Of a stretch of DNA of 64,000 nucleotides, positions 45,422 to 56,012 are shown in pieces. The notes under the pieces are model-generated. The model was not told where the DNA came from, did not search any database, and saw nothing but the letters and a program-made list of their open reading frames with translations. Source of the stretch: an uncultured Bacteriovoracaceae bacterium (GTDB taxonomy: Bacteria > Bdellovibrionota > Bacteriovoracia > Bacteriovoracales > Bacteriovoracaceae). Every line of letters begins with the position of its first letter. Position 1 is the first letter of the stretch. The position numbers were made by a program, and so were the translations under genes. The stretch is taken from positions 109,409-173,408 of the forward strand of contig OY968777.1 of NCBI GenBank assembly GCA_963695255.1, read 5' to 3'.

Positions 45422-46508
45422 AACTGGCCGACTTAATTGCTACCAATAATTTTAACGACTTAAAGTTTTTTATCTTTTTCAGCTCCTTGCAGCCACTGCT
45501 ACCCATATGCAGTGCTCTACTAAATGTCCTAAATGCCAGAGTCCAGAATTCTCACCTTGTGGGTGGTTTACTCGCAAGAGTGACAGTAAAAAAATTCGGC
45601 GATTCCGTTGTAATAGTTGCAAAAAAACCTTCTCCACTGCCACTTTTGATCCTTGCTACCGTCAGCGGAAGCGCAAGAAAAACCACATGGTGAAAAATCT
45701 TCTATGCTCTGGAGTATCCCAGAGACGAGCTGCAATGATATTAAATCTCAACCGGAAAACGATTGAAAGAAAACTGAAGTTTCTGGCACGAATGGCGCGA
45801 CTAGAGCAGAAAGAATTTTTAGAAAATTCCGAGTTCATGGAAATTGAGCTAGATGATCTGATCACCTCTGAGCATACGAAATGCAAACCACTTTCGGTAA
45901 CTGTCGTTGTACAATCAAAAACTAGAGCAATATTGGCGTTGAAGGTTTCCTCCATGCCTGCATTTGGATATCTAGCCGCAATCTCTCGCGAAAAATATGG
46001 ATATCGCCCAGATCATAGAAAAAGGGGCATTCGTAGCGTTTTAACGAAAATTCAAAAAAGGGTTTCCAAGAATGCCATCATCAAAACCGACGACCATAGA
46101 TTCTATCCTCCAGAAATCAAAGAGCTCCTGCCACATGCACACCACGTAAAATACTTGGGAGCAAAATCAACCATTGCCGGACAAGGAGAGCTCAAAAAAT
46201 TGATTAGAGATCCTCTTTTTAGTATTAACCATACCCTTGCGATGTTGAGGGCAAACATCAATCGCCTAGTTCGTCGGACTTGGTGCACGACCAAAAAGGC
46301 CTCTGCTCTCCAAGATCATCTCGACCTTTATGTTAGTTTTCATAATCAACAACTCATCTAGGTCTTCATGCTATTAAAATCTACACTAAATCATTCCATC
46401 GATACCGGTAGTTCTGGTATTAACAAAATTTTCTAAAGGTAAAAAACAGGCAGAAACTTACGGCCAAATCCAGTCCACGTTGCAACAACCTAAGGGGCCA
46501 GTTTAAAA
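45417..46508 (+). mobile_element. IS-like element (about 1.09 kb) bounded by 13-bp perfect inverted repeats
   Basis: TTTTAAACTGGCC (45417-45429) and GGCCAGTTTAAAA (46496-46508) flank the single transposase ORF. The match continues imperfectly for about 10 more bp inward. No target-site duplication found. Confidence 0.5.
45507..46361 (+). CDS. IS1/IS1595-like transposase (zinc ribbon, HTH, DDE-type domain)
   Basis: N-terminus CPKC...CNSC, then HTH-like GVSQRRAAMILNLNRKTIERKL. Catalytic-domain-like blocks ELDDLITSEH, IIKTDDHRFY, and SINHTLAMLRANINRLVRRTWCTTKK, which parallels the IS1 IERHNLNLRQ...RL-R-T segment. The third acidic position reads N. Confidence 0.6.
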   Translation: MQCSTKCPKCQSPEFSPCGWFTRKSDSKKIRRFRCNSCKKTFSTATFDPCYRQRKRKKNHMVKNLLCSGVSQRRAAMILNLNRKTIERKLKFLARMARLEQKEFLENSEFMEIELDDLITSEHTKCKPLSVTVVVQSKTRAILALKVSSMPAFGYLAAISREKYGYRPDHRKRGIRSVLTKIQKRVSKNAIIKTDDHRFYPPEIKELLPHAHHVKYLGAKSTIAGQGELKKLIRDPLFSINHTLAMLRANINRLVRRTWCTTKKASALQDHLDLYVSFHNQQLI

Positions 46509-46544
46509 CCTTTACGTTTTCGCCCATTTGTGATTAGTTGAGCG

Positions 46545-47312
46545 ATGGAGCTCAGAACTATGGGAAATACGCTATCTTCGAGCTGCTCACCTGAGGGCAG
46601 ACCACCCCAAAAGACCTGGGAAAAAGATTTTACTTACCTCTATTCAAACCCTTATGCCGATCGGCTTAAGCAAGACTTTTCTGATTTTGTTTTAAGTGAC
46701 TCAGAAGGAGAGGCCTATCATGGACATTGGAGACAGCAAGTTTTTAAACGTCCCCAGGATACAAAACTGGTGCTGGAAATTGGTAGCGGACATGGACATT
46801 TTCTTGAACATATGGCGAATTCAAATCTCGAGAGTTTAATTATTGGATTGGACTACCGGTTCAAACGCAGTTTTTTCTTGGCCAAAAAGCTTCAAAAAAA
46901 TCAAGAAATTTTAGACCGAATGAGATTTTTAAGGGCCAGGGCCGAGCGCCTCGCCTTTCTTTTCGGGAAACACGAAATTGACGAAATCTATCTTCTCTTT
47001 CCAGATCCATGGCCAAAGGCGCGGCATCAGAAAAAGCGCCTCTTTTCTCAAATGTTTCTGGATGCCTGTGCGAGGGTGTTAAAACCGAACGGAAAAGTGT
47101 TCGTTAAAACGGATCACCTTGGATACTTCGAGCATATGCAAACTGTGCTAGGCCAAAACACATCATTTCAGCAATGTTTTGTGACTAAAGACCTTTATTC
47201 GGACAAGAATGAGCATTTCTTGCAAACTTTTCAAACCAAATTTGAAAACATTTTCTTAACACAAAAGCTTCCCATCTACGGATTTGAACTTCAAATTCTG
47301 CAGACTCAGTAG
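46545..47312 (+). CDS. trmB: tRNA (guanine46-N7)-methyltransferase
   Basis: LEIGSGHGHFL (SAM motif) and LFPDPWPKARHQKKRL, the TrmB signature. The start could be the internal ATG at 46560. Confidence 0.85.
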   Translation: MELRTMGNTLSSSCSPEGRPPQKTWEKDFTYLYSNPYADRLKQDFSDFVLSDSEGEAYHGHWRQQVFKRPQDTKLVLEIGSGHGHFLEHMANSNLESLIIGLDYRFKRSFFLAKKLQKNQEILDRMRFLRARAERLAFLFGKHEIDEIYLLFPDPWPKARHQKKRLFSQMFLDACARVLKPNGKVFVKTDHLGYFEHMQTVLGQNTSFQQCFVTKDLYSDKNEHFLQTFQTKFENIFLTQKLPIYGFELQILQTQ

Positions 47313-47327
47313 CGAAGGCCAGTTCTT

Positions 47328-49175
47328 ATGAATTTTGAACAGGCCCTGAACACGATTCGAGATGCTTCTATTGTGGAAGTGATTGGCAATTACCTTTCAT
47401 TAGAACGCAAGGGGCAAAACTTTGAGGCCATTTGCCCGTTTCACAGTGACTCTCATCCCTCACTCAAAGTCAGTGACACAAAAGGCATCTATAAATGCTT
47501 TGCCTGTGGGGCGGCCGGGGATTCTCTTAAATTTGTCATGGATTTTTCAGGAGTTGAGTTCCGCGAGGCCGTCAAAGAAATCGGTGAAAAAATCGGAATT
47601 CAAATTGAAGACTCCGAAAAAACCATCGATCCAAAATCTGCTCATGGTTATGAGCTCAATGAGGAATATACCAAATGGTGTTTTGAATTTGCCAGAAACA
47701 CAGATGGACAAAAATTTCAGCAATTTTTAAAAGACAGAAATTTAAGCTTGGAAATCGCTAATAGATTTTCCCTAGGTCTAGCACCAAAAGATGGGGGATT
47801 TGCCCAGACCCTGAAGGGCAATCCGGGTAAACTCACGATCGCTTTGGACTTGGGGTTATGCAAGAAAGGCAACTACGGCCTTTATGACACTTTTCGAGAT
47901 AAAATTATTTTTCCAATTCACAATCAATGGGGAAGGGTTTGCGGATTTGGCTCTCGGCAAATCGGTGAAAATCAGGGCCCTAAATATATTAATTCTTCAG
48001 ACTCTTTTCTCTTTAGTAAAAAATCGGTGCTTTATGGATTGCCCTTGGCCAAAAAGGCCATAAGGCAGTCCCAAAAAATGTATCTGGCCGAAGGGTATAT
48101 GGATGTCATCGCTTTTCATTCGGCCGGAATCGAAAATGTAACTGGGATTTTGGGAACGGCCCTCTCTTTTTCGCATCTCAACAACTTAAAACGTATCGAC
48201 GAGGTAGACATTATTCTGGCAATGGATTCAGATAAGGCCGGAGACACGGCCGCTGAGAAGGCCTTGAGTTTACTTCTCTCCCAAAAAAATTATCCCAAAA
48301 GGGTGGACTGGCTACCCCATAAAGATCCCGATGCTTTTTTGCAAGCTCAAGGCAGCGCAGAATTTCTCAAACGATTAAACAGCTCGAAACCCTTAATCGA
48401 CCTATTGTTGGAAAATGAGGCCAAAAACTGCGCCGGAAAAGACGTTCAACAAAGATACCAATGTCTGCAGCGGTGTTTTAAAATTATTGAACCGGTAGAA
48501 AACCCAATTTTCTTAGGTGAATATCTCGCACGTTTGAAGCTTTTATTGGGACTATCGGCCTCGTTAGAAGAAATTAAAAGAGACTTCTTTCACTCTAAAA
48601 GTAAGACCGGTCATGCAGCAGCGGTTCCCAAACAAAAGATTGCCTATCCTCAAAAGAAACCCATCAAGGGCGCACCTAAAGCAGAAATCCCAAAAAGTGA
48701 AAAACTCCTATTTCTCAACGCTTTGGAGTTTCCCACGCTTATTCCTCTTTGGAGGAAGTCTGGACTCTTTAAATTTCTAGAGCACTCTGGTATAAGGGAA
48801 GGATTGGATCGAATCGAGGCGCTTTTTTTTGAGGTGGACGAGCTGGAGTTTAAAAGCTGTTTAAAAGAAGGGTTAGCAAAAGATTCACTGGGTGATGAAG
48901 TCGATCGCTTAATTTTCGGACAATATTATCAAATTGGCGAGAAGATAGAGAATAACGAGGCCCAGAAAGACAAAATGCTGGAAGACTATTCTCGAAGAGT
49001 CTTGAGCGATTGGTTAAAACTCAAAAAAGCACATACGATTAAAGAATTGGGACCAGGTCTTGGAGAACAAGGTCTTCAAAAAGTGCAGAGAATCGAGACC
49101 CTACTTAGAAATCTACGAGATCAAACCGTTGTAGAAGAACTTTTAAAAACTGGCCCTAGTGCCATAGAGAGGTAG
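47328..49175 (+). CDS. dnaG: DNA primase
   Basis: Zinc-binding [14 protein letters not shown]...[11 protein letters not shown] and [14 protein letters not shown]...[13 protein letters not shown]. Confidence 0.95.
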   Translation: MNFEQALNTIRDASIVEVIGNYLSLERKGQNFEAICPFHSDSHPSLKVSDTKGIYKCFACGAAGDSLKFVMDFSGVEFREAVKEIGEKIGIQIEDSEKTIDPKSAHGYELNEEYTKWCFEFARNTDGQKFQQFLKDRNLSLEIANRFSLGLAPKDGGFAQTLKGNPGKLTIALDLGLCKKGNYGLYDTFRDKIIFPIHNQWGRVCGFGSRQIGENQGPKYINSSDSFLFSKKSVLYGLPLAKKAIRQSQKMYLAEGYMDVIAFHSAGIENVTGILGTALSFSHLNNLKRIDEVDIILAMDSDKAGDTAAEKALSLLLSQKNYPKRVDWLPHKDPDAFLQAQGSAEFLKRLNSSKPLIDLLLENEAKNCAGKDVQQRYQCLQRCFKIIEPVENPIFLGEYLARLKLLLGLSASLEEIKRDFFHSKSKTGHAAAVPKQKIAYPQKKPIKGAPKAEIPKSEKLLFLNALEFPTLIPLWRKSGLFKFLEHSGIREGLDRIEALFFEVDELEFKSCLKEGLAKDSLGDEVDRLIFGQYYQIGEKIENNEAQKDKMLEDYSRRVLSDWLKLKKAHTIKELGPGLGEQGLQKVQRIETLLRNLRDQTVVEELLKTGPSAIER

Positions 49176-49177
49176 AC

Positions 49178-50920
49178 ATGTCGGCCGTAACTTCATTTTT
49201 TAAGTCAAAAGTGTTTGAAAAGCTTTTACTGAAAGGGAAAGACCAGCAAACTCTTAGCTACGAAGAAATCAATGATGCCATTCCAGCTGAAGTCGTAGAA
49301 ATCAAAGATGTCGATCTTATCTTGAGCAAACTTGATGAAAATCGAATTGCCATCAAGGCCGACGAGCAAGACGACGAAGAAGCGGAGAAGATGTCGGCCG
49401 TCGAGTTTATTGAAGAAACTTTAAGCGCCGAAGATGAACAAGAACTACGTTCTTCCTCCAGTGATCCTGTGAAGCTTTATCTTAAAAAAATGGGTTCCGT
49501 GGCCCTTCTCACTGGTGAAGGTGAAGTCCGAATTGCAAAGCAAATTGAAGAAGGTGAAAAGGAGATTATTTTATCCTGCCTATCTTCCAGTCATGCTTTG
49601 CGAGAAATTATTCGGCTAAAAGAAAAAATTCTCCAAGCTGAAAATCAAAATGAATTTGTGAAGCAACTCGTTCGTGGACTTGATGATGAATCGACTGTCG
49701 ACCAGATTCATAAAACACGGGATAAAATTTTTCATACCGTCGATGAACTCAAAACTCTTTTTGATGACATCACGAAAGATGACGGAACTTTGGCCAAGAT
49801 GAGTGCTAAACAAAAGAAGCAATTTGAAAAGGTGGGCGATAGCTTAGTTGAGCTGACATTTAACCGCAAAATCATTAATAGTTTCGTTGAACCAGTAAAA
49901 AGTTATTTTCTCCAATTTAGTGAGCTCTTTGAACAACAAGATCGAATCTATAAATTTCTAGAGATAGAAACAGAAGAGCAATATAAAAAACTTTACGAAC
50001 GAGTAATGGATGATGATGCTTTTAAACGAAAGCTCGCCAGAAAGCTCTATACGAATGACTCAAAAATTGAGCAGCTCATTCGAAACCAAGAAGATATTCT
50101 TCGGAAATTGAGAAGACTCTCCATCGATGCGGGAATGGCCCATGAGGATATCGAACGGGTTTACCGAATCATAGAGACAGGCGAAGAAAAAGCAGACTTG
50201 GCAAAGTCCCAATTAGTAGAGGCCAACCTCCGGCTTGTCGTCTCTATTTCAAAAAAATACACCAACCGCGGATTGCAATTTTTGGATTTGATTCAAGAAG
50301 GCAATATTGGACTGATGAAAGCAGTCGATAAATTCGAGTACCGGCGAGGTTACAAATTTTCGACATATGCGACTTGGTGGATTCGCCAAGCAATTACTCG
50401 GGCAATAGCGGACCAAGGGAGAACCATTCGAATTCCTGTGCACATGATTGAAACGATTAATAAACTGGCCCGAACATCGAGACAGCTGGTTCAAGAGTTA
50501 GGACGTGAGCCCAAGCCCGAAGAGATTGCGGAGCGAATGGAGCTTTCAGTCGATAAGGTCAAAAAGGTTTTCAAAATTTCCAAAGAGCCAATTTCGCTAG
50601 AAACTCCTATCGGAGAAGAAGAAGATAGTTCTTTAGGAGATTTCATCGAAGATAAAAAGATTATTTCACCGCAAGACGCTGTCATGAGTGTGACGCTTTC
50701 CGAGCAGACTCGCTCAGTGCTTTCAACTTTGACCCCTCGAGAGGAAAAGGTTTTGAGAATGCGCTTTGGGATTGGTGAAAAGTCAGACCATACGCTCGAA
50801 GAAGTTGGCCAAGATTTCTTCGTCACTCGAGAGCGGATTAGGCAAATTGAGGCAAAAGCATTGAGAAAATTAAGGCACCCCTCTCGCTCGAAGTTACTCA
50901 AAAGCTATATCGATAATTAA
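49178..50920 (+). CDS. rpoD: Primary RNA polymerase sigma factor (sigma70)
   Basis: Region 2 [44 protein letters not shown]. Region 4 [30 protein letters not shown]. Starts 2 nt after the dnaG stop. Confidence 0.95.
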   Translation: MSAVTSFFKSKVFEKLLLKGKDQQTLSYEEINDAIPAEVVEIKDVDLILSKLDENRIAIKADEQDDEEAEKMSAVEFIEETLSAEDEQELRSSSSDPVKLYLKKMGSVALLTGEGEVRIAKQIEEGEKEIILSCLSSSHALREIIRLKEKILQAENQNEFVKQLVRGLDDESTVDQIHKTRDKIFHTVDELKTLFDDITKDDGTLAKMSAKQKKQFEKVGDSLVELTFNRKIINSFVEPVKSYFLQFSELFEQQDRIYKFLEIETEEQYKKLYERVMDDDAFKRKLARKLYTNDSKIEQLIRNQEDILRKLRRLSIDAGMAHEDIERVYRIIETGEEKADLAKSQLVEANLRLVVSISKKYTNRGLQFLDLIQEGNIGLMKAVDKFEYRRGYKFSTYATWWIRQAITRAIADQGRTIRIPVHMIETINKLARTSRQLVQELGREPKPEEIAERMELSVDKVKKVFKISKEPISLETPIGEEEDSSLGDFIEDKKIISPQDAVMSVTLSEQTRSVLSTLTPREEKVLRMRFGIGEKSDHTLEEVGQDFFVTRERIRQIEAKALRKLRHPSRSKLLKSYIDN

Positions 50921-50922
50921 GT

Positions 50923-53900
50923 ATGGAATTTGTTTCTCAGATCTGGCCCGCGATTGAGGATAAGGCCAAGCAATATTTTTCCTCAGAGCTTATCCGCAAG
51001 GGCAAAGATCTTTTGGACAGCGCGCGCCTGAGTATTTCTTTTAAGAAAGGGCGGCTGGGAAGTTTCTTTGTCATATCCGGGCTCATTTCAGATGGAGTTT
51101 CTGTTGATACCAAGCTCAAGGGCAAATCCGCTGATGGTGGTGATCAAAAAATAGAAGGTCACTGCAGCTGCGTCGAGTGGAGCAAAGAAAACCATTGCCG
51201 ACACATGACTGCTTTGTTTTTGAAATTTGTCTTAGATGAGCATTTTGAAGACGGCATTTCTCCGCTTAAAAAAGACCCTTCCGCGGAGGGGATCCAGCAG
51301 GCCTTAAAAAACACGCAATCAGTTCATGTTAAGGATTTCGGGACACTTGTCTTTCAGGCAAACCGTCTTATGAACGCTCCTTTTAATGGGAGCTTTGTTA
51401 ACCTTCAGTACTTATTGACGAGTGGAAAGTTAACTCATTTTCCCCTTGGAAAACCATGGGAAGGCCAGTTGCAGATTCGGCTGATTGAGCGACCAACAAA
51501 AAATCTTAATCCCGATTTCTATGGACCAAACCATCGCCTTTGCAGATTTGCCTGGATTGATGGCAAGGGCGATTTGCGAGAGAAAATTTCTCTTTTTGAT
51601 TATTTTCATCTTTTTGATTGGGAAACCGGAGAGGTTTTCCAGCTACCTCCTGAAATCCAGGGATTTATAAAAAAAATAAAGGCCCCTCAGGTTCAATATG
51701 GGATTGAAGACTTTATCCGTCTGACATGGCCTATTGTTCGAAGCGAAAAGGCCAATCTTTTGCTAGAGGGTCGAGCACTGGTTGTGCAACCCGAAGAGAC
51801 CTTAAAGCTTGATCTAGCAATTCTTGATAGTAGTCGAAAAAATTTCTTTCGTTTTGAACTCGGGTTGAAAGACTCTGAGAATTTAAACTATGCGTTTCCA
51901 GAAGTTTTTTCTTTGTTTTGTTTTCACAAGGGTTTATTGAGTTTTTTCTCAAACCGGACGGAGATGAACCAGTTCGTGAAGAGTGCCCTCAGTTACCTTA
52001 ATGATGCAGGGAACTTCGAAAAGACGTTTTCCCCTAGCAAGGAAAAAGACTACGCGACTGATTGGTTACAGTTTCTTAAACAAGAAGAAGATATTCCCGT
52101 TTATGATCATGGAAAGCTTTATAAGTTAAGTAAACAAACGATTGTTTCATTTTTTACTGAGATTCAAAAACTTTTTAGTACAGGACCATTTCGTAGCTCA
52201 GAAAAAAGTGCTGACAACCGAAGCTATATTTTAGAAGTTCCTCAGAACGTGGTTCATGAGCATCTTGCAACTTTATTTGAGAGCTTCAAAACAATCGGCG
52301 TTGAGCTAACTTTCCGGCGCAAACAAGTTCATAGCTGGCAGGCAAGCCCTGTTTTAGAACGAAAAAACTCTCAACTGGGATGGTTTGATCTCACAATGAA
52401 GATCTCTGAACAAGATCGTGAAGTCTTGCGAAATTTATCTCCAGATAATGTTTTAGTGGAAACGTCACAGGGCCTTGTGATGTTGAGCGATGAGCAAAAA
52501 GGCCTCGTCAAAATCTTGAAGCGCTATCAAAAATTTGATGGTGAAGAGCAAAAAGATTCCGAAGGCCAAGTTTTTAATTTAACTTTGAACCGCGCCCGTA
52601 TTTTCGAACTCTTTGAGCTTGAGCGGCTTGGTATCCAGGGCGCACTTACTGATGAAGAGCGTGAGATTTGCCGTCAGCTCTCAAATTTAGAAGAACTGCC
52701 TAACTATGAAACGCCTGTGAGGTTTCAGAAACTGGCCAGGTCTTATCAAAAAACCGGTCATCGGTGGCTTAGGTTTTTATATGAATCCCGTTTTGGGGCC
52801 TGTCTGGCAGATGACATGGGTCTCGGTAAAACTCTTCAAGTCATTATGTTGTTGGATGATCTCAAAGAAAAATTCAAAAGGGTGCTCATTGTTTGTCCCG
52901 TTTCCATTATTTCCAATTGGGAATCAGAACTCAAAAAGTTTTCCGATTTTGAGGCCGAGCTCTATTACGGAGAAGGTCGGGTTCTGAGCTGGGATAAAAA
53001 AATAGTCATCACCAGCTATGGAATTATGAAAAAAGAGGTGGACGATATTTGGTCCAAGCAAAATATCGATATCGTCATTTTTGACGAAATACAGCAGCTC
53101 AAAAATATTAAATCAATGGGCGCGCAAGCTGCTCGAAGAATTAACGCCCAATTTAGGGTTGCCCTTACGGGAACTCCTGTAGAAAACGATCTCATGGAGT
53201 TCTATAATATCTTGGACCTTTGCATTCCGGGAATCTGGGGCGACCTTACTGGTGCTCGATCCAAAAACAGCCAGAAAGCGAGACTTTTGGCGCGAAAAAC
53301 GGCGCGGCCTTTTATCTTACGAAGGACCAAAGAAAAGGTTTTGTCCGAATTACCAGAGAAGGTCGAACAGCATGTTTACCTAGACTTCTCTCCTCAAGAA
53401 AAACAACGCTATCAGCAACACCTTATTGATATTCGAGAGACTCTTCAGAGTGCTGAAAAGAAAAGCTATTACGGAATGGTGCTGAGAAGTCTGCTTGAGC
53501 TGCGGAAAATGTGTTTGTGGCAACCAGGACCTGAAATCCTGAGCACTAAAATTGATTATCTCATGGAAAATCTTGAACAGTTGCTTGAAGAAGGGCATCG
53601 CTCAATCATTTTCTCTCAGTTTACAAGCTATCTCGATGTCATTCAGAAGCGCTTTGAACAGCGCAAATGGAAATACGCCAGAGTTGATGGCCAGCAATCA
53701 CTTGCAAAACGGGCAGAGCAAATTGATAACTTTCAAAAGGGTGGACCTCCTTTGTTTTTAATTAGCTTAAAGGCCGGTGGTGTGGGTCTCAACCTAACGG
53801 CCGCAAGTTATGTGTTCATAATGGATCCGTGGTGGAATCCTGCAGTCGAAAACCAGGCAATCGATAGAGCGTATAGAATAGGCCAGAAAAACAAAGTGAC

Positions 53901-54063
53901 AGTTTACCGACCGCTTATTAAAGATTCTGTCGAAGAGAAAGTTTTGATTCTTCAAGATGAGAAACGAAAACTTTTTGATGATCTCATGAATCCTACAAAA
54001 GACGACAGTTTCTATGATGGAAAGCTAAGTAAAGACGATTTTCAGCATCTGCTCAGCGAATAA
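50923..54063 (+). CDS. SNF2-family ATPase/helicase with N-terminal SWIM zinc finger
   Basis: SWIM CSCVEWSKENHCRHMTAL. SNF2 motifs LADDMGLGKT, FDEIQQLKN, LTGTPVEN, and SLKAGGVGLNLTAASYVFIMDPWWNPAVENQAIDRAYRIGQ. Starts 2 nt after the rpoD stop. Confidence 0.9.
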   Translation: MEFVSQIWPAIEDKAKQYFSSELIRKGKDLLDSARLSISFKKGRLGSFFVISGLISDGVSVDTKLKGKSADGGDQKIEGHCSCVEWSKENHCRHMTALFLKFVLDEHFEDGISPLKKDPSAEGIQQALKNTQSVHVKDFGTLVFQANRLMNAPFNGSFVNLQYLLTSGKLTHFPLGKPWEGQLQIRLIERPTKNLNPDFYGPNHRLCRFAWIDGKGDLREKISLFDYFHLFDWETGEVFQLPPEIQGFIKKIKAPQVQYGIEDFIRLTWPIVRSEKANLLLEGRALVVQPEETLKLDLAILDSSRKNFFRFELGLKDSENLNYAFPEVFSLFCFHKGLLSFFSNRTEMNQFVKSALSYLNDAGNFEKTFSPSKEKDYATDWLQFLKQEEDIPVYDHGKLYKLSKQTIVSFFTEIQKLFSTGPFRSSEKSADNRSYILEVPQNVVHEHLATLFESFKTIGVELTFRRKQVHSWQASPVLERKNSQLGWFDLTMKISEQDREVLRNLSPDNVLVETSQGLVMLSDEQKGLVKILKRYQKFDGEEQKDSEGQVFNLTLNRARIFELFELERLGIQGALTDEEREICRQLSNLEELPNYETPVRFQKLARSYQKTGHRWLRFLYESRFGACLADDMGLGKTLQVIMLLDDLKEKFKRVLIVCPVSIISNWESELKKFSDFEAELYYGEGRVLSWDKKIVITSYGIMKKEVDDIWSKQNIDIVIFDEIQQLKNIKSMGAQAARRINAQFRVALTGTPVENDLMEFYNILDLCIPGIWGDLTGARSKNSQKARLLARKTARPFILRRTKEKVLSELPEKVEQHVYLDFSPQEKQRYQQHLIDIRETLQSAEKKSYYGMVLRSLLELRKMCLWQPGPEILSTKIDYLMENLEQLLEEGHRSIIFSQFTSYLDVIQKRFEQRKWKYARVDGQQSLAKRAEQIDNFQKGGPPLFLISLKAGGVGLNLTAASYVFIMDPWWNPAVENQAIDRAYRIGQKNKVTVYRPLIKDSVEEKVLILQDEKRKLFDDLMNPTKDDSFYDGKLSKDDFQHLLSE

Positions 54064-54067
54064 GGCC

Positions 54068-55090
54068 ATGTCTGCAAATGTTTATAAGTTCGCACCAGAT
54101 CTTCAGACTTCTCTGTTTTTCTCTTCTCGAGATTTTTTTAAATTCATTGGCCCATCTTTTTTCCTCCTCTATGACCAATCCATTCCACCGGAGCATTTGA
54201 GAACTTACATAAATAGCGCCCAGGAGAGCTTGGCAGTTGAAGGAAACCAAGACTGCAAAGATCTAAAAAGTGCGCAAAAAATCTGGGATTTTTTTGTAAA
54301 GCATAAAATCAAACGCAATCACCAGATCGTTATTTTAGGAGGCGGCGGAGTCGGTGACCTCTGCGCTTTTGCCTGTTCACTTTATCACAGAGGAGTGCCC
54401 TTCAATATAGTACCAACCACACTATTGGCGATGCTAGACAGCTGCTTTGGTGGAAAAACAGCGATTAATTATCAGGGCGCAAAAAATATTCTTGGAACTT
54501 TTTCGCTACCCAGTAGCATTTTTATAGACATCAACTTTCTGGCCACACTACCGGAAAGAATTTTCTTAAGTGGGCTGGGTGAGATCAACAAATATCTCTC
54601 ACTTGAGCAATTTCCATTTCAATTGCGCTCTTATGTCGACCGTGATCCGGACATGTTGGCCAAGACCATTCAAAACTGCCTTGAAATCAAATACGAGCTC
54701 TGCAAGACTGATCTCTACGATCAAAAAGGAATTAGAGAAAAGCTTAATTTGGGTCACACTGTGGGCCACGCTCTAGAAGTTCTAGAATCTCAGCAGGTCT
54801 TTTTTTATCACGGTGAGGCCGTGTTTTGGGGCCTTCTCGCCGAGCGATTTCTTGAATCTCCAGAAAATGCAGCGATAGAGCTCATTAATAACGAACTAGA
54901 GTCTTATTATTTCCAGTACCTGAGCTTTCAGCAGATAACAATTTCGGAAATTTCATTTTCTGAGCTTTGGCCTATTATGCAAAAAGATAAAAAAATAGGC
55001 AGGTTGGCTGGAGTCGAGTCGCTGGAAAAAAAATGGATTAAGTTTCAAGAAGCAGTTGTTCAATTTGCTCGCTCACCTGCGAAACACTAA
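54068..55090 (+). CDS. aroB: 3-dehydroquinate synthase family (sugar-phosphate cyclase superfamily)
   Basis: ILGGGGVGDLCAFA, PTTLLAMLDSCFGGKTAINYQGAKNILGTF, and LNLGHTVGHALE...HGEAVFWG. Assignment within the superfamily was not verified. Confidence 0.65.
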   Translation: MSANVYKFAPDLQTSLFFSSRDFFKFIGPSFFLLYDQSIPPEHLRTYINSAQESLAVEGNQDCKDLKSAQKIWDFFVKHKIKRNHQIVILGGGGVGDLCAFACSLYHRGVPFNIVPTTLLAMLDSCFGGKTAINYQGAKNILGTFSLPSSIFIDINFLATLPERIFLSGLGEINKYLSLEQFPFQLRSYVDRDPDMLAKTIQNCLEIKYELCKTDLYDQKGIREKLNLGHTVGHALEVLESQQVFFYHGEAVFWGLLAERFLESPENAAIELINNELESYYFQYLSFQQITISEISFSELWPIMQKDKKIGRLAGVESLEKKWIKFQEAVVQFARSPAKH

Positions 55091-56012
55091 TTCCGGAAAG
55101 ACCATCTTTTTGAATCCAATCCGATAGACACCTGACTCGCGTCCCTAAAGGACTCCAACGCTGAGCAAACATTGGCCTTTCTTTTGGATATAAACCAACC
55201 ACTCTTTTGTTTAAAAGCGCGGCCAAGTGAATAGGACCAGTGCTGACTGATAAAAACAAATCACAGCGAGCATGAATGACGTTTATTAAATCCCCTAGTG
55301 AAGTGTGTCCCATAAGATTTTCGACGCCTGGGTGGCAGAGAAGTTCAGGACATCTCTTCTCAAGAGATTTTTGATCGTCGAGAGTTCCAGTCATTATAAA
55401 ATGATAGGAATGTTGCCTCTCTTTAATAAGTTCTAAGTACGAACTGAGCGGCCATTCTGCTGCACTTCCTTTTGAACAAGGATGAAAAAATACAGTCGGT
55501 TTTTTTGGATTGAGTTCTGCCTTTTGTTCGCTAGGCAGTCCCTTGAAACAAACGGTGCCCACCAAATCCCCAATTTGAGGCGGAATGGCCTGAGCACCAG
55601 CCATTGGATGAAGCGGTCTTAAAAATTCAAAATTAAGCTGGGCCTCATGAAGCTGAGAGTTTTTCCGAGAAAAAAAAAGCAACCGATTACAACGCCACCA
55701 ATGAAATAGACGGTGGGCCGTTCCTACTCGCATTGATAAACCGGCATCCGCGCAAATTTTGGCAACAGCTCGATTGGGAAAAACGTGAAGTACGCAGTCA
55801 ATTTGGAGTTTGCGAAGCGAATTCTCGTTGAAGTCTTCTAAATCAATAATCTCGTCAACGGCCAGACAACGCTCTAAGACAGGTCTCGTATAACGTTTTC
55901 CTAAAAAAACGATTCTAACCTGAGGTAGAATTTTTTTTAAATGGGCAGCTAGCGGAAGCGTAAGGAGAACATCTCCAAGGTTATCGGTCCTGGATAAAAG
56001 CAGTGAATTCAA
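55038..56012 (-). CDS. Glycosyltransferase family 9 (LPS heptosyltransferase-like)
   Basis: N-terminus LLLSRTDNLGDVLLTLPL, C-terminus GPIHLAAALN. 324 aa. Confidence 0.7.
   Translation of the reverse strand: MNSLLLSRTDNLGDVLLTLPLAAHLKKILPQVRIVFLGKRYTRPVLERCLAVDEIIDLEDFNENSLRKLQIDCVLHVFPNRAVAKICADAGLSMRVGTAHRLFHWWRCNRLLFFSRKNSQLHEAQLNFEFLRPLHPMAGAQAIPPQIGDLVGTVCFKGLPSEQKAELNPKKPTVFFHPCSKGSAAEWPLSSYLELIKERQHSYHFIMTGTLDDQKSLEKRCPELLCHPGVENLMGHTSLGDLINVIHARCDLFLSVSTGPIHLAALLNKRVVGLYPKERPMFAQRWSPLGTRVRCLSDWIQKDGLSGISVSQVSEQIEQLLLET

Noticed and set aside
45487-45693. 68-aa ORF overlapping the transposase start in another frame
   Set aside because: It is contained within the transposase 5' region and has no support of its own. 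The zinc-ribbon frame is clearly the coding one.
45409-46516. Target-site duplication flanking the IS-like element
   Set aside because: The 8-9 nt outside the inverted repeats (gggggtctc versus cctttacgt) do not match under either choice of repeat boundary.
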